Shown: positions 1 through 9,851, numbered from the stretch's first letter. The stretch is DNA of 64,000 bases from a virus (IMGVR_UViG_3300050509_000509:1-64000), one strand, 5' to 3'. The notes: generated by a model from the letters alone, not told the origin. Numbers and translations: made by a program.

Positions 1-1
1 G

Positions 2-631
2 GAGCCTGCATTTATACAAGTTGTCACCAGAAAGTTTGACAGTGCTGAGTTGGCCTACTGGAATCATTACCACATCTCAGAGAGAGAGCTGAGAGAAAAT
101 GAGATCTATGCTATAAAGCGCCTGTATGTAGACAGATTACTCGTAGGCTATACACCAGGTACGCTACAGTTTGGATATCTCTTTGAGGACAAATGGAAGA
201 TCTATAGACCAGAGCAGCCAAAGGACAGGAAATGGATCAGCAATGTACCTAATGACTACATGAGTGGAATGCAGCGTATTACATCAGGCTGCAATGTAGC
301 TGTAGTAACAAAGAGCAAAAAGGACGAACTAGTGCTTGCTAAAATACTACCTCATGTATGCAGTGTGCAAAGTGAAAGTATTGTCTCTATCAACAACCAT
401 AATATCCGTCTTCTCAGAGAAAGGTGCGGAAAGGTATTCGTAAACTTTGACAGTGACAAAGTAGGTGTGCAGGCTTGTACTTACTACAACCAGTTCGGAT
501 TTGGATGGGTGAACTGTCCATGGGGATACCAGAAGCCCAACCAGGAGTGGATAAAGGACTTTGCAGATCTGGCCAGATACTATGGAATGGATGAGGTAAT
601 CAAACACTTTAAGTTGAAGGGTATCATATGA
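2..631 (+). CDS. DNA primase, C-terminal TOPRIM part (5' truncated by window edge)
   Basis: Frame is open from position 2. TOPRIM-like VTKSKKD, FDSD (DxD) and KDFAD motifs, in a replication-arm context. Confidence 0.75.
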   Translation, partial: EPAFIQVVTRKFDSAELAYWNHYHISERELRENEIYAIKRLYVDRLLVGYTPGTLQFGYLFEDKWKIYRPEQPKDRKWISNVPNDYMSGMQRITSGCNVAVVTKSKKDELVLAKILPHVCSVQSESIVSINNHNIRLLRERCGKVFVNFDSDKVGVQACTYYNQFGFGWVNCPWGYQKPNQEWIKDFADLARYYGMDEVIKHFKLKGII

Positions 632-1398
632 ACTACGAAAAAGTAGCACCATTCTTGGGGGATTGGGCCCTCAAATTCAGACCATTTATAGAATCGGAGA
701 AGTTCGATGAGATATTTGCATTCCTTAAACAGCAATCGAGAAAGCCCCCTGAGGGAGAGGGGAAAGTCATATGCCCCGCATGGCACGATACGTTCAGGGC
801 TTTTAAGGAATGCTCATACAATGCGTTAAGAGTAATCTTTATTTTACAGGATCCTTACCCATGGATTAAGGATGAAAAGTTTGTCGCTGATGGTATGGCA
901 ATGAGTTGTTCCAACACTGGAATGTGCCAGCCATCACTTAGTACCTTTTATGACGGAATGGAAGATGATTTAGGAGAGGATGTACCGCACATGCCAGATC
1001 TTTCCTACCTTGCACAACAGGGAGTTCTTCTGCTTAATACAAGCCTTACAGTAGAGCTTAATAAACCCACTTCACACAAGGGTTTATGGGATGGGTTTAT
1101 GGACTATATGATCCAAGAGGTTATAAACTTCTATAATCATGGGCTTATTTATGTATCTTTTGGAAAGAATGCTCATATCACTGCCAAGGCTATAGTACCT
1201 TTTCTGCACTGGGGGTTTGAGGTAGAACATCCTGCAGCAGCAGCCAGAGCGGAAAGGAAGTGGGAACACCAGAATATCTTCACCAAGATCAACAGGATCT
1301 TGCACGATTGTAACAACGAACAGATAAACTGGATTTATGGACAGACTGCATCAACACCTCCAATCTCTGGACGTAGAAAGAGAGAAGAACGAAGCTGA
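628..1398 (+). CDS. ung: Uracil-DNA glycosylase, family 1-like
   Basis: LQDPYP (canonical GQDPYH), ADGMAMS, QGVLLLNTSLTV, SHKGLW, HPAA (canonical HPSP). Confidence 0.9.
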   Translation: MNYEKVAPFLGDWALKFRPFIESEKFDEIFAFLKQQSRKPPEGEGKVICPAWHDTFRAFKECSYNALRVIFILQDPYPWIKDEKFVADGMAMSCSNTGMCQPSLSTFYDGMEDDLGEDVPHMPDLSYLAQQGVLLLNTSLTVELNKPTSHKGLWDGFMDYMIQEVINFYNHGLIYVSFGKNAHITAKAIVPFLHWGFEVEHPAAAARAERKWEHQNIFTKINRILHDCNNEQINWIYGQTASTPPISGRRKREERS

Positions 1399-1867
1399 AC
1401 AATGGGCTGAGGGGTTTATGAAGACTATTATAACTCCCGGAAACATGATAATGTTCGAAGAATCATTTTATGAGCTTGTTATGACAGGAAGATCCGAGAC
1501 ATGGATACAACGTGATCTGGAAGATCAGATAGCCGAAGAAAAAGCGGCTCAGACATCAGCACAAAACCAAAAGTCAAATATGGCAAGACAAACAAAGGAC
1601 ATCAAAATTCCAGAGGTACTGGAACTGTTAAAAAAAGGATATACCAGATATAAGAAGGATGATCAAGGCTTCGGAAGTATACAGGAACACTATAGTCTTA
1701 CTATAGTGGAAATGGCAGAGGTTGCCAGACATCCAAAACTCAGGGGTAAAAAAACAAAGTTCCCCAGCAGGATTAGATTGATAGATGAAGATGAAGCGCT
1801 TAAGCAGGAAGAAACAAAAGCAGATGAACCAGAAGTAAGACAGGCAGAAGATGATGTATTTAGTTAA
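1337..1867 (+). CDS. Hypothetical protein (a second start is possible at 1580, MARQTK)
   Basis: ORF fills the gap in a tightly packed operon. A-rich AAAACCAAAAG leader before ATG 1580. Confidence 0.55.
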   Translation: MDRLHQHLQSLDVEREKNEAEQWAEGFMKTIITPGNMIMFEESFYELVMTGRSETWIQRDLEDQIAEEKAAQTSAQNQKSNMARQTKDIKIPEVLELLKKGYTRYKKDDQGFGSIQEHYSLTIVEMAEVARHPKLRGKKTKFPSRIRLIDEDEALKQEETKADEPEVRQAEDDVFS

Positions 1868-1884
1868 TTAAAAAACCAAGTTGT

Positions 1885-2553
1885 ATGTCAAATCAAATCG
1901 CAGTAGTTAGGAAAATAACTGTCTACAACACCTCGGCACAGAACAATCAAGTGATCGAGTCCTCAGCAATGACATGGGAGCAGCTCCAACAAGAGCTGGA
2001 ACGCTCAGGTATCCCCTATTCGGGCATGCGGGCAGTAGTAGGTGAGAACCAAAACGAACTTATTACAGGTCAGAGCACGCTCATGGAAGGAGACATGACA
2101 TTATTCTTAATGCCTCGTCGTGTAAAAAGCGGAAATAACTTAAGCCATCTGGTAGATCCAGATGGCATTCACTACAACGAAGTAGATTGGACAGATATGT
2201 TAGAACATGTGGATGATTATCAGTTCATCACCCATTATGATCTCGCAATGGCATTGCAGTTAAAAGCTAAACATCACATAGAGCTGGCATCCACACACTT
2301 TGGAATTGCTGAGCAATTGATAAGAAATGGGGCAACTGGCGCATTAGCCGATGATGATGATGATGATGACGATGATGAAGATTCTTACGATGATGATTAC
2401 AACGACGATGAAGACGAGAACTATGAAGAGACTGAGGAGCAGCGGGCAACGCCAGATAAATTTGACTGGGGATTCCAGACAGTAAAGACTGTCGATCCAG
2501 AGACGGCAAGGCTTCGGGATAAGGCCCAGGAGATCGAGCGAAATATGCAATAA
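1885..2553 (+). CDS. Ubiquitin-like (beta-grasp) protein with acidic C-terminal extension
   Basis: An ~83-aa N-terminal domain with beta-beta-alpha-beta-beta pattern ends LFLMPRRVKSG. Adjacent to E2-, JAB- and E1-like genes. Confidence 0.65.
   Translation: MSNQIAVVRKITVYNTSAQNNQVIESSAMTWEQLQQELERSGIPYSGMRAVVGENQNELITGQSTLMEGDMTLFLMPRRVKSGNNLSHLVDPDGIHYNEVDWTDMLEHVDDYQFITHYDLAMALQLKAKHHIELASTHFGIAEQLIRNGATGALADDDDDDDDDEDSYDDDYNDDEDENYEETEEQRATPDKFDWGFQTVKTVDPETARLRDKAQEIERNMQ
2349..2420 (+). repeat. (GAT/GAC)n low-complexity repeat encoding a poly-Asp tract
   Basis: gatgatgatgatgatgacgatgatgaagat..., translating to DDDDDDDDDEDSYDDDYNDDED. Confidence 0.85.
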
Positions 2554-2562
2554 TAAAATAGT

Positions 2563-2585
2563 AAAGAGGGCTTCGGCCCTCTTTT
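2563..2585 (+). terminator. Intrinsic terminator with cUUCGg tetraloop
   Basis: AAAGAGGGC-TTCG-GCCCTCTTT(T) immediately after the Ubl gene. Confidence 0.8.
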
Positions 2586-2601
2586 CATTTAAACCCGTTT
2601 T

Positions 2602-3807
2602 ATGGCAATACTAAAGTTATCAGAAAAGAAACAGCAGATAGTCGAGAAGGCCATTAACCGTTTGGTTGAGAAGACAAATATGAATGTGTATAGGACGATC
2701 AAGAAAAAGCTTGTAATGACCTTTGGCGAAGACAACGTACAAATTGCTAAAATGGACGAAGAAAACATCTGTCGCAGGCTCAGAGAGTACGGATATAATG
2801 ATACTAACATTGTTGGGGCAGATGATAATGGATTTACTCAACGTGTTGACCAGATAGTCCATACATATCATGCTATCGTTAGAATCCCGGAGTTCACAAT
2901 AAAAAACAGTCGTGGAGGTAGTGTAACAATCCGGGATATGTTCGTACGCATACAACTGGCTCCGGACGGAAAACTTGCTCATGGAGGTCTGGAAGGAGTA
3001 GTTACTACCTTTACAAAGGCGCAGGCTCGCTATGGCTATATGCATTCCCATCTACTGGCCGTAGCTATTTCAAGAGGTAATCATCCAACATTTAATACAT
3101 TTTGTCTTGGCACAGGACAGATTAATCAGATAATAGCACTCTTACGAAGAGAGTTTAATGAGATAAACTTCCAAATGTTCTGTTTGCACATTAAGAACTT
3201 TCTGGAATGGGAATCCCTCGAAGGAAATCCATACTGCAGATTCGGAGATGTTCAGGAGACTGTAACTACTATTCCTATTAGTACAGTAGCATCACCATAC
3301 TTCATACTCGTCTCTGAGATGCTCAGGAAGGAATTCTATAAACTACCAACTGACAAATCCAAGGAGCTTATATCTATCCATCCTGACACATATGAAATCC
3401 ATGTAGAGCCGACAGAAGATCTGGAGAAATGGGCAGCTGATGCTATACTATCGAAACAGGGAGTTCTGATTGGAATGAATATAAATCCGAGCGATCTGCT
3501 GGCTGTTAAAGATAGTACTGGTATATATTATAAGTTCAGTCCTGACACAGGTAATTTGTCTGTCTCCAATAAAACAGTTCTTCATTTCAGAGGAGAGGAT
3601 ATAAAGATCAAAATAATTGATAACGAAAAAAACCTAAAAGGTACCAAATATGCGAACCCAAAGATCATCGAGCAACTATGCAAAAAGATCAGCGCAGACC
3701 TCACAACAACCGCGCTTGACTATGCGTACACTGGAAGCAACGATACCAGTGGAGATAAGCCAGAAGCTACAGTTACAAACCATGACCCTGTGCGGGAGGC
3801 TACCTAG
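2602..3807 (+). CDS. Putative prokaryotic E2-like (ubiquitin-conjugating fold) protein
   Basis: YMHSHL...FCLGTG (His upstream of a CLG-type Cys). Lies between the Ubl and JAB genes. Confidence 0.55.
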   Translation: MAILKLSEKKQQIVEKAINRLVEKTNMNVYRTIKKKLVMTFGEDNVQIAKMDEENICRRLREYGYNDTNIVGADDNGFTQRVDQIVHTYHAIVRIPEFTIKNSRGGSVTIRDMFVRIQLAPDGKLAHGGLEGVVTTFTKAQARYGYMHSHLLAVAISRGNHPTFNTFCLGTGQINQIIALLRREFNEINFQMFCLHIKNFLEWESLEGNPYCRFGDVQETVTTIPISTVASPYFILVSEMLRKEFYKLPTDKSKELISIHPDTYEIHVEPTEDLEKWAADAILSKQGVLIGMNINPSDLLAVKDSTGIYYKFSPDTGNLSVSNKTVLHFRGEDIKIKIIDNEKNLKGTKYANPKIIEQLCKKISADLTTTALDYAYTGSNDTSGDKPEATVTNHDPVREAT

Positions 3808-4870
3808 GGTTGAATGGTCTGGAACCCTATTTTATAGTGTGACAGGAGAGTTTGGAGAGCCAGATTTCGCTATAACAGCAGAAGAATTATATCTGCAGGA
3901 TATTGGAAGTGCTACTTATACAGAATATGAAACAGGAGATCCTGATTTCATCCAGTTCCTCATGCAAAGATCTGATCTTCGAGTAATGCGACAGGGCCAT
4001 ATCCACTCTCATAATTCCATGGGTAGTTTCTTCTCTGGGACAGATGATGATGAGCTTATTGAAAATTCCGAGTTTCACAACTATTACTTCTCTCTTATCG
4101 TGAATAATAAGAATGAGATGGTAGGTAAGGTGGCCTTCAGAGCACAGGTAGATTCAGAAACCAAAGCATCTATGATATTCAAAGGTACTGATGGTCAACC
4201 CAAAGAGAAACATATGACTACCAAGAATCAGACAACATATGTATATGCATATAACTGTGATATGGAAGTTCCTGAGGTAGTAAATCAGATAGAACAAGCT
4301 CTGGAAAAGCAAGAGGAAAAAGACGAGGCTCGCAGGGAGGCTAATAGAAAGAGCACCTACGGGAGTTATGGCACCTCTTATAATACCTCTACTTACAATG
4401 GTAGATTATTTGGTGGGCCTGAGGAAGAGGAAGAAACGCCGGTAATAAATATGCCATCAGAGTTTGGTGATAGTTCAGAAGAAGAAATACCAGAGACGAG
4501 AGCAGAAAAAAAAGGAGGCATCGCATGGAGAAGAAAACGCGCCAGTCGTCCACTCAACAGAAAAAGCGTGGACTTCCTGATAAAGCTGCTCAAAATGGAC
4601 AAAGGCGCAAATGGAAAAATCGAAGAAACTCTCGAAGAGGTCGTAGGTGATATATGGCGTGACAAAAAGAATGACGAATATTTCGCAGAGATATCTGATA
4701 AGTTACCTTACCTGTATATGGAAGTCTTCCCTAATGATCAGAAGCTCGATGGAATTGATGATACAATCTACGATTGTCTTGATCTCCTTGATCTGTATGA
4801 AGACAAGTATCCCAATTTCACTGAACGTATGATAGATGTATTCACCAAATACTTAACACCAACTGTATGA
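3650..4870 (+). CDS. JAB/MPN+ metalloprotease (deubiquitinase-like)
   Basis: VEWSG (catalytic Glu) and GHIHSHNSMGSFFSGTD match the JAMM motif HxH-x7-S-x2-D. Start could be 3650 or 3722. Confidence 0.85.
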   Translation: MRTQRSSSNYAKRSAQTSQQPRLTMRTLEATIPVEISQKLQLQTMTLCGRLPRVEWSGTLFYSVTGEFGEPDFAITAEELYLQDIGSATYTEYETGDPDFIQFLMQRSDLRVMRQGHIHSHNSMGSFFSGTDDDELIENSEFHNYYFSLIVNNKNEMVGKVAFRAQVDSETKASMIFKGTDGQPKEKHMTTKNQTTYVYAYNCDMEVPEVVNQIEQALEKQEEKDEARREANRKSTYGSYGTSYNTSTYNGRLFGGPEEEEETPVINMPSEFGDSSEEEIPETRAEKKGGIAWRRKRASRPLNRKSVDFLIKLLKMDKGANGKIEETLEEVVGDIWRDKKNDEYFAEISDKLPYLYMEVFPNDQKLDGIDDTIYDCLDLLDLYEDKYPNFTERMIDVFTKYLTPTV

Positions 4871-5568
4871 GCGAAGTAAAACCACAGTACAATAGAGTGA
4901 AGGGAGCAGAATGGTTTCCCAAATTGCACAAGAAGGAAGTTCTCGTCTTGGGGCAGGGTGGTATAGGCAGCTGGCTGAGTGTTATGCTGGCCCGTGTTGG
5001 CTGTAGCCTGCATACCTTCGATATGGATATTTATGAGGAGCATAACCTAACTGGTCAGATGGCCCGCAAAAAGGATATTGGGAAGAACAAAGCTGAAGCA
5101 ATTAAAGATTTGATTGCTGAGCTCTCTCCTGATACAGTCGTACATACCTATGGTGTATATGATGAAGCAGCAGTAGTGTCTGATATCACACTCTGTGGAT
5201 TCGATAACATGGATGCCAGGAAGCTGGCCTTTGCCAAATGGGAAGAATATGTTCTGGGACTCTCTGAGAGCAGAAGAAAGGAATGCTTCTTCCAGGATGG
5301 TAGGTTGTTAGCTGAGCAGATGCAGATCTTTAATATCCCTGGTGACAAACTTGAGATGATGCAGAAATATAAGGAAGAATGGTTATTTGATGATGAGCAG
5401 GCAGTCGAAGGAGACTGTACATTCAAGCAAACTTCTCATGCAGCAGCTATGATTGCTTCTCTGATGGTAAGTTTTACTACCAATTGGATAAGTGGGCCGC
5501 CCAGGAGAGTGCCATTCATGTATGAATATCTTATACCATTAAATTTAGCAACAAATGACAACGCTTGA
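4867..5568 (+). CDS. ThiF/MoeB/E1-family adenylyltransferase
   Basis: VLGQGGIGSW nucleotide-binding loop, DMDIYEEHNLTGQ, GKNKAEA, CGFDNMDAR, candidate catalytic Cys in CTFKQT. Confidence 0.9.
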   Translation: MSEVKPQYNRVKGAEWFPKLHKKEVLVLGQGGIGSWLSVMLARVGCSLHTFDMDIYEEHNLTGQMARKKDIGKNKAEAIKDLIAELSPDTVVHTYGVYDEAAVVSDITLCGFDNMDARKLAFAKWEEYVLGLSESRRKECFFQDGRLLAEQMQIFNIPGDKLEMMQKYKEEWLFDDEQAVEGDCTFKQTSHAAAMIASLMVSFTTNWISGPPRRVPFMYEYLIPLNLATNDNA

Positions 5569-6181
5569 ATTTCGGGATCAGTTGGTAACTAATACATTCG
5601 CTTCGAATAACAATTACCAATACTCCCCAAAAGAACAACTGACTTTTCATGTTAACAGAAGCAGCCAGGAAGAACCCTTTATTATGCGTGCAACAGTTAA
5701 CGGACAACGTGTACATTCGGAATCTCATATCTCTTATTGTACAGAAGCCCAGTTCCAGCATAGAGCTGTTTCTGGATCGAAGTTACAAGAGATATTGGAT
5801 GGTGCACGAGTGCCAATCCTTATTATGCAGGGAGATAAGCAATACCTGGTAGGGAAGGGTTTCCTGGCTTATATAAGCCCGCGAAAGAAAGTGAAGATAC
5901 TATTCGTGGCAACTGCAGTGAAAAACGCCCGAATCTCCAATATTACGCAGGTAAAACTGTGCATATCCAGAGAGATATATTCTGAAGAACATAAGCGTGT
6001 CGCACAAATAGTAAAAGGGATGATGAATACCCATCAGGGAGATATATTGATCGCTAAGGATATTATGGAATATCTCGGAACACCAATGGTTACATCCAAA
6101 CTGGCCTCTCTGAAGGAGAAGCGTGCAGCAATGGATGAAATATTCGAAAGTACAGCGAAACGGATCAGGGCGACAACTTGA
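5555..6181 (+). CDS. Hypothetical protein
   Basis: 208-aa ORF overlapping the E1 stop, i.e. translationally coupled. Confidence 0.65.
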   Translation: MTTLEFRDQLVTNTFASNNNYQYSPKEQLTFHVNRSSQEEPFIMRATVNGQRVHSESHISYCTEAQFQHRAVSGSKLQEILDGARVPILIMQGDKQYLVGKGFLAYISPRKKVKILFVATAVKNARISNITQVKLCISREIYSEEHKRVAQIVKGMMNTHQGDILIAKDIMEYLGTPMVTSKLASLKEKRAAMDEIFESTAKRIRATT

Positions 6182-6278
6182 CACCCATTACATAGTACCA
6201 GATTTTGAGAATAATCAAGCATGTTTTTATGGAAGGTAGACAGTTTTTGTCTACCTTTCTTCTTTAAACTATAACCAG

Positions 6279-6737
6279 ATGGCTTTAGACCCACTTCCCA
6301 AAAAGAGGGCTTCAAACTACTCGCGCAGTAAAGGCAATCGTACGGAATATGAATATATAGACAAGTTCAAAGAGCTTGGCTATCCAATGTGTAAAAGCAG
6401 CAGACTCGCATCGAGGCTTCTGGACAATTGTGGCATAGATCTCTCAGGAATTCCTTTCAATGTACAGGTAAAAGGAGGATATAGGAAAAACTTCACACGT
6501 CCGGATAGGATATTCGCGAAAATGAAGGCTGACCTGGCAGGCTCGTTCGACACGAGGGATCCTGTACATAACTATCCAAAAATACTCATCCAGAAACTAG
6601 ATGGGTACCATGCCGAAAATCAGTTGGTGACTATGATGTGGTGCGATTTTGTCAAGCTGATAGAAGCATATGTTAAATGCAAAAACTTACCAGATGTGCC
6701 AAAAGATCAAACACCAGACAACATTTCACGCTTATAA
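6279..6737 (+). CDS. Hjc-like Holliday junction resolvase (PD-(D/E)xK)
   Basis: RSKGNRTE...GIDL...FNVQVK pattern. Confidence 0.65.
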   Translation: MALDPLPKKRASNYSRSKGNRTEYEYIDKFKELGYPMCKSSRLASRLLDNCGIDLSGIPFNVQVKGGYRKNFTRPDRIFAKMKADLAGSFDTRDPVHNYPKILIQKLDGYHAENQLVTMMWCDFVKLIEAYVKCKNLPDVPKDQTPDNISRL

Positions 6738-6866
6738 GCATTTGAAATACCTATTGATCCACAAAAGCAGGCAATGTAAGAAAGCAGGAATTTATTATTG
6801 TAGTGATTGTGAAAGCTACCACGTTACCTGTCATCCAGGCGATGACTGCAAAATCATTTTTAAACC

Positions 6867-7079
6867 ATGACAAAAGTTGTTATTGAAGTAAGAGGAGGGG
6901 TTGTAATTGGAGTGTATGCTTCCTCTCCTATTGAATATACAGTTGTAGACTGGGATTCAGAAAACCCAGAAGATATTAGAGTGCTTGAGGCAGATGCAGT
7001 TAGGAATGATATGCACGGAATTTTTGCGAAGATAGGAGAAACAGAAATAGCAGAAAGTTTAAAACTGAACGAATTCTAA
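6867..7079 (+). CDS. Small hypothetical protein
   Basis: 70-aa ORF (VVIEVRGGVV...VVDWD), coupled to the next gene by a TAATG overlap. Confidence 0.6.
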   Translation: MTKVVIEVRGGVVIGVYASSPIEYTVVDWDSENPEDIRVLEADAVRNDMHGIFAKIGETEIAESLKLNEF

Positions 7080-7279
7080 TGAGCTTTAAAGTGTATGTAG
7101 CACCTGATCGCCAGTCAGCTGAGCACATAGAAGAGCATGGATTCTCAGAGGTGACAGATAGAGATATACAAATTGATATATACGAATTTGATACAATAGA
7201 AGAAGCAAGAGCTTTTTGCAAAGGAATAGACTATGGGGCAGGATGGGCTCAACCTTATTATGAAATCAAATCTTCATGA
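7079..7279 (+). CDS. Small hypothetical protein
   Basis: 66-aa ORF with start/stop overlaps on both sides. Confidence 0.6.
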   Translation: MSFKVYVAPDRQSAEHIEEHGFSEVTDRDIQIDIYEFDTIEEARAFCKGIDYGAGWAQPYYEIKSS

Positions 7280-8355
7280 CAGAGCGGGAATACAGGGCAC
7301 TTGAGATTGATTCCTATTCAACCCTCAAGGACTTCCTGGAAGACAGGAAGAAATATTACAAGAAATATATATTGAAAGAGCCAGTAAAGGAAGAAGAATC
7401 TCCCTACCTGGTATTTGGGAATGTGGTAGACTGTTTACAGTTCACCCCTTCCCTGTTTGAGGAGAAATTTGCAGTGGCAGTCACTCAGGTCCCTACCGGA
7501 CAGTATGGGAAATTTGTTGATGAGATGGTAAAGATTACCTTTTCATGCCTCTCTGAGAGAGGAGAAGTGACTATGCATATTGAGGATATTATTACTGAGG
7601 CGTATAATAGATGTAAGTTCGATAGAAATGGAAATGTTGTTGATTTTAAGCGTGATAGTTTAGAAGTGGCGACTCAGAAATTTTTGGGCACTGAATTGGA
7701 GATGTATTACCGACAGAGAAGAGAAGCTTTTGGAAAGACGATTATTGAAGCCTCTATGTTGGAGAATGCCCAACGTGTTGTGGCAGAACTTATGAGCAAT
7801 GATGTGACCAAGTATATCATGACCCTGGAAACGGATCGAGATACTGTAGCTGTATATAATCAATTTCCTATTATAGGAAAGATGGATGGCGCAATGATAG
7901 GAGGATCAGATTTTCCTCTGAAGTGCCTGATTGATAAACTGGTTATTGATCACAAGCTAAGAAGTATTTATATCTATGATCTAAAAACAGCCTGGGACAA
8001 CGAAGGTGAGTTCCTGCACAATTATTTCAAGTACAAGTATTACATCCAGATGGCAGTGTATTTCTACCTGGTGGTGGAATGGAAGCTCAGCCAGCCGGAG
8101 ATCGCAGATTACCAGGTTCATTATCCTTCTTTCATCGTGGCAGATAGTTCGAATTACAAGAACCCGCTGATTTATGCCACGACCCAGGAGAATTTTCATC
8201 AAGGAATGCGGGGGTTTACTATAAGAGGTAAGTATTACCCAGGTGTTATTAAGGCAGTTCAGGATTTAATATGGCACGAAGAGACAGGAATTTGGAGCAT
8301 CAGTAAGGACAACCACACTGCAGGAGGAATTGTACGTATTCAGCCTTTTCAGTAA
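7276..8355 (+). CDS. PD-(D/E)xK exonuclease (RecE/DUF3799/Cas4-like superfamily)
   Basis: SYSTLK, FGNVVD, KCLIDKL...IYDLKT...YKYYIQMAVY motifs. Confidence 0.8.
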   Translation: MTEREYRALEIDSYSTLKDFLEDRKKYYKKYILKEPVKEEESPYLVFGNVVDCLQFTPSLFEEKFAVAVTQVPTGQYGKFVDEMVKITFSCLSERGEVTMHIEDIITEAYNRCKFDRNGNVVDFKRDSLEVATQKFLGTELEMYYRQRREAFGKTIIEASMLENAQRVVAELMSNDVTKYIMTLETDRDTVAVYNQFPIIGKMDGAMIGGSDFPLKCLIDKLVIDHKLRSIYIYDLKTAWDNEGEFLHNYFKYKYYIQMAVYFYLVVEWKLSQPEIADYQVHYPSFIVADSSNYKNPLIYATTQENFHQGMRGFTIRGKYYPGVIKAVQDLIWHEETGIWSISKDNHTAGGIVRIQPFQ

Positions 8356-8372
8356 CGCTAAACCAATATCGA

Positions 8373-8945
8373 ATGGGTATAAAAGACGCGAGTTCGATGG
8401 AGTTTACATGCTCCACGATTTTTATGCTGCCAGCCATTGGGTTACAGCGAAAAGATATACTTAGTTACGGATTTATGGAGGCATATCTGGACGATGTGAA
8501 TCACGAACCACATTATGATGCATCACTCTATTTGCTATTCAAACCAGAAGAAATGGATGCTTTCCAGGTATTCCTGGAAAAGGAATATAAACGCACGAAG
8601 TTGCTTATTGAGGATTATGATTATGCAGGAGGATATGTTGTTATAGTTTATAAGATTCCAGAAGAGTACATGAAGGAGTTTGAGATGTTCCTGAAAGGTA
8701 AGTACTCAAAGTTCAGGAAGAAGTATATGTTACTTTTTCCAAAAACAGTGAAGATAGAAAATGAGGATGGCAAGTCAGTGACAGAAATGTCACTGGCATA
8801 TCACATATTTGACAAGACTCAATCCATCAGAGATTATTGGGAAGAGAAAGTGGGTATAGTGCTGGACGAAGAGGCTGAGATGTGGAGCAAACCAGACATT
8901 GATGGAGCTGAGAAGTTAGATATCTACAAAATGGATAAAAGGTAA
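8373..8945 (+). CDS. Hypothetical protein
   Basis: 190-aa ORF in the operon, with an A-rich leader. Confidence 0.7.
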   Translation: MGIKDASSMEFTCSTIFMLPAIGLQRKDILSYGFMEAYLDDVNHEPHYDASLYLLFKPEEMDAFQVFLEKEYKRTKLLIEDYDYAGGYVVIVYKIPEEYMKEFEMFLKGKYSKFRKKYMLLFPKTVKIENEDGKSVTEMSLAYHIFDKTQSIRDYWEEKVGIVLDEEAEMWSKPDIDGAEKLDIYKMDKR

Positions 8946-8955
8946 AAATAATTAT

Positions 8956-9369
8956 ATGGACAAATCATATTTGTCGTTGGACTATGACTTTATAAAGGAA
9001 AGATTTCCGCTCTCTCTGAGGGCCGTGGAAGAATGGTTCCTGAAGAACAACGATATAGCAAAGGGGTTGAAGATGCTGGGTGCAGATATGACTCATAGCA
9101 GTGCAATGAGTAAGGTTGTTATGTCAGTTATCATGTTCGATCCCCGAAAGTTGTATGACGTATTTGACGATCTGGACTGTCGGATATGTATTACTGATCG
9201 TCCGGAATACCCAGGTACTTTTTGCTACTACAATAGCATGAAGAGGGAATCCAGGGTAGGCACAGGGAGAAAAAATGCAGAGTTGTTTGCTTTTATGGAA
9301 GCGTTTGAAGTACTGGAAAAAAACCTGGCAGATGGCAAGAACAAAGAACGAGTACAAACATCTGATTAA
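8956..9369 (+). CDS. Hypothetical protein
   Basis: 137-aa ORF in the operon. Confidence 0.6.
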   Translation: MDKSYLSLDYDFIKERFPLSLRAVEEWFLKNNDIAKGLKMLGADMTHSSAMSKVVMSVIMFDPRKLYDVFDDLDCRICITDRPEYPGTFCYYNSMKRESRVGTGRKNAELFAFMEAFEVLEKNLADGKNKERVQTSD

Positions 9370-9790
9370 TATATATGAACAACGCAGACAAGATATCGAG
9401 AAGCAATTGAAAGAGGTTACTCAGACCTATATCAATCGCCGTCGGCAGATGAGCGTTAAAATAAAAGTCTGGAAGCGTGCTATAAGAAGAATTGAGAGCC
9501 GGGAGCAGCGTGTCAGAGATCTGGCAGCGAATGTACGCGAATTCACTGGAATTGGAGTAAAACATTCCTTTCCATCATTAAGCAGAAGTTATGTTGAAGC
9601 ACGTGGCCTGTTCTATAAATATGGACTCGAATCAGGGTTACGTGCTAAGGACCTTGCAGCATATACAGGATGTAGAGGAATAGGAACTCCATCGAGATGT
9701 AGGAGAACGTTCACAAGAAATATGGTGAATTCACCCAAGTTGAGGGATCTGTGGGATAGGTTCAACATATACATGAAAGACTCGAAGTAG
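9332..9790 (+). CDS. Basic coiled-coil protein, possible helix-turn-helix at the C-terminus
   Basis: Likely start MARTKNEY at 9332. Arg/Lys-rich, with a GLRAKDLAAYTG HTH-like segment. Confidence 0.55.
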   Translation: MARTKNEYKHLINIYEQRRQDIEKQLKEVTQTYINRRRQMSVKIKVWKRAIRRIESREQRVRDLAANVREFTGIGVKHSFPSLSRSYVEARGLFYKYGLESGLRAKDLAAYTGCRGIGTPSRCRRTFTRNMVNSPKLRDLWDRFNIYMKDSK

Positions 9791-9815
9791 GTATTCTTCA
9801 TTTTTAATGATTAGT

Positions 9816-9851
9816 CCTCCTGATCATTCCTGATTGAGGAGGTTATTTTTT
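9816..9851 (+). terminator. Intrinsic terminator upstream of recA
   Basis: CCTCCTGATCA-TTCC-TGATT(G)AGGAGG followed by TTATTTTTT. Confidence 0.6.
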
